From Cenococcum geophilum (taxonomy: Eukaryota): 64,000 bases of DNA. Under the pieces are notes generated by a model. The model ran no database searches. It was not told the origin of the DNA and saw only the letters and a list, made by a program, of their open reading frames with translations. The position numbers and the translations under genes are program-made. The DNA is taken from NCBI GenBank assembly GCA_050273025.1, contig CP158635.1:5208001-5272000 (forward strand), given 5' to 3'. This document shows, piece after piece, positions 63,607 to 64,000 of the stretch; the first letter of the stretch is position 1, and the number at the start of each line of letters is the position of its first letter.

Positions 63607-64000
63607 TGTTACAGACGCTTTAAGTACAATGTTACGACTACTTAGAGAAGAGTTAGAAGAAGCTAGTTAGCTAATATAAGCACGGTCCAGAATGGAACCG
63701 GTAGAGCTATATAATAAGGAATAGTAACTAAGGTTATATGACGTTATACGCAGTGTACGCAGTGTATAAGAGGAATGTACGTATAATATATACAATACGT
63801 ATATTACGTATAAGAAGGATTTTATAGGAGTACAGTTATATATTTAAGGGCCCTTAGTCCCTACCTAGATAGTTCCTTCCTTATAGTAATTCTTAGAATA
63901 TAATTAAAGTTAATCTATTAGGCAACCACTCCACCAGTTATTATTACGTTGTTAACTCTAATTTACATTACCTATATACCTAGCCTAATAACGAGCCCAC
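63607..64000 (+). mobile_element. LTR (runs off the window), 3' half related to the C1 LTRs
   Basis: Begins TGTTACAG; 63855-63995 matches C1 LTR (AGTCCCTACCTAGATAGTTC..CTTAGAATATAATT..CCTATATACCTAGCC); 5' half differs. Confidence 0.75.

Larger units (their letters stand above)
18480..64000. other. AT-rich, RIP-mutated transposon block
   Basis: Sharp rise in TpA and loss of CpA/TpG; TGG>TAG and CAA/CGA>TAA stops throughout; LTR termini TG..CA converted to TA..TA. Confidence 0.95.

Noticed and set aside
18480..64000. Alternative genetic code, organellar DNA or contamination as cause of the many stops and low GC
   Set aside because: Stops arise from directional C>T/G>A changes that differ between paired LTRs, as expected from RIP.

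Overview
Filamentous ascomycete genomic DNA (GT-AG introns, CTRAC branch sites, strong RIP signature) with two compartments. Bases 1-~18,480 are GC-balanced and gene-bearing: a DUF6594-type membrane protein, a broken retropepsin-like gene, a DUF2433/metallophosphoesterase-like RGG protein divergent from importin beta-4 (KAP123, whose second intron holds a snR71-like box C/D snoRNA), a HET pseudogene, several MITE/hAT relics and a single-TM Cys-rich protein. Bases ~18,480-64,000 are AT-rich and RIP-mutated, and resolve by target-site duplications (TSDs) into two nests. Nest 1: a decayed DUF3435 (Starship captain-type) tyrosine recombinase gene, split by Ty3/Gypsy A1, which contains Gypsy B1 (with a pogo/Fot1 element in its 3' LTR) and a solo LTR. 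Nest 2: Gypsy C1, containing a full-length Tad1-like LINE and Gypsy D1, which in turn contains Gypsy A2. The main findings are the hidden captain relic, the intronic snoRNA, an apparent integrase/chromodomain module swap between Gypsy families, a hairpin shared by the 3' UTRs of two different Gypsy elements, and an antisense Cys-rich ORF in C1. Family assignments rest on recalled motifs, not database searches.
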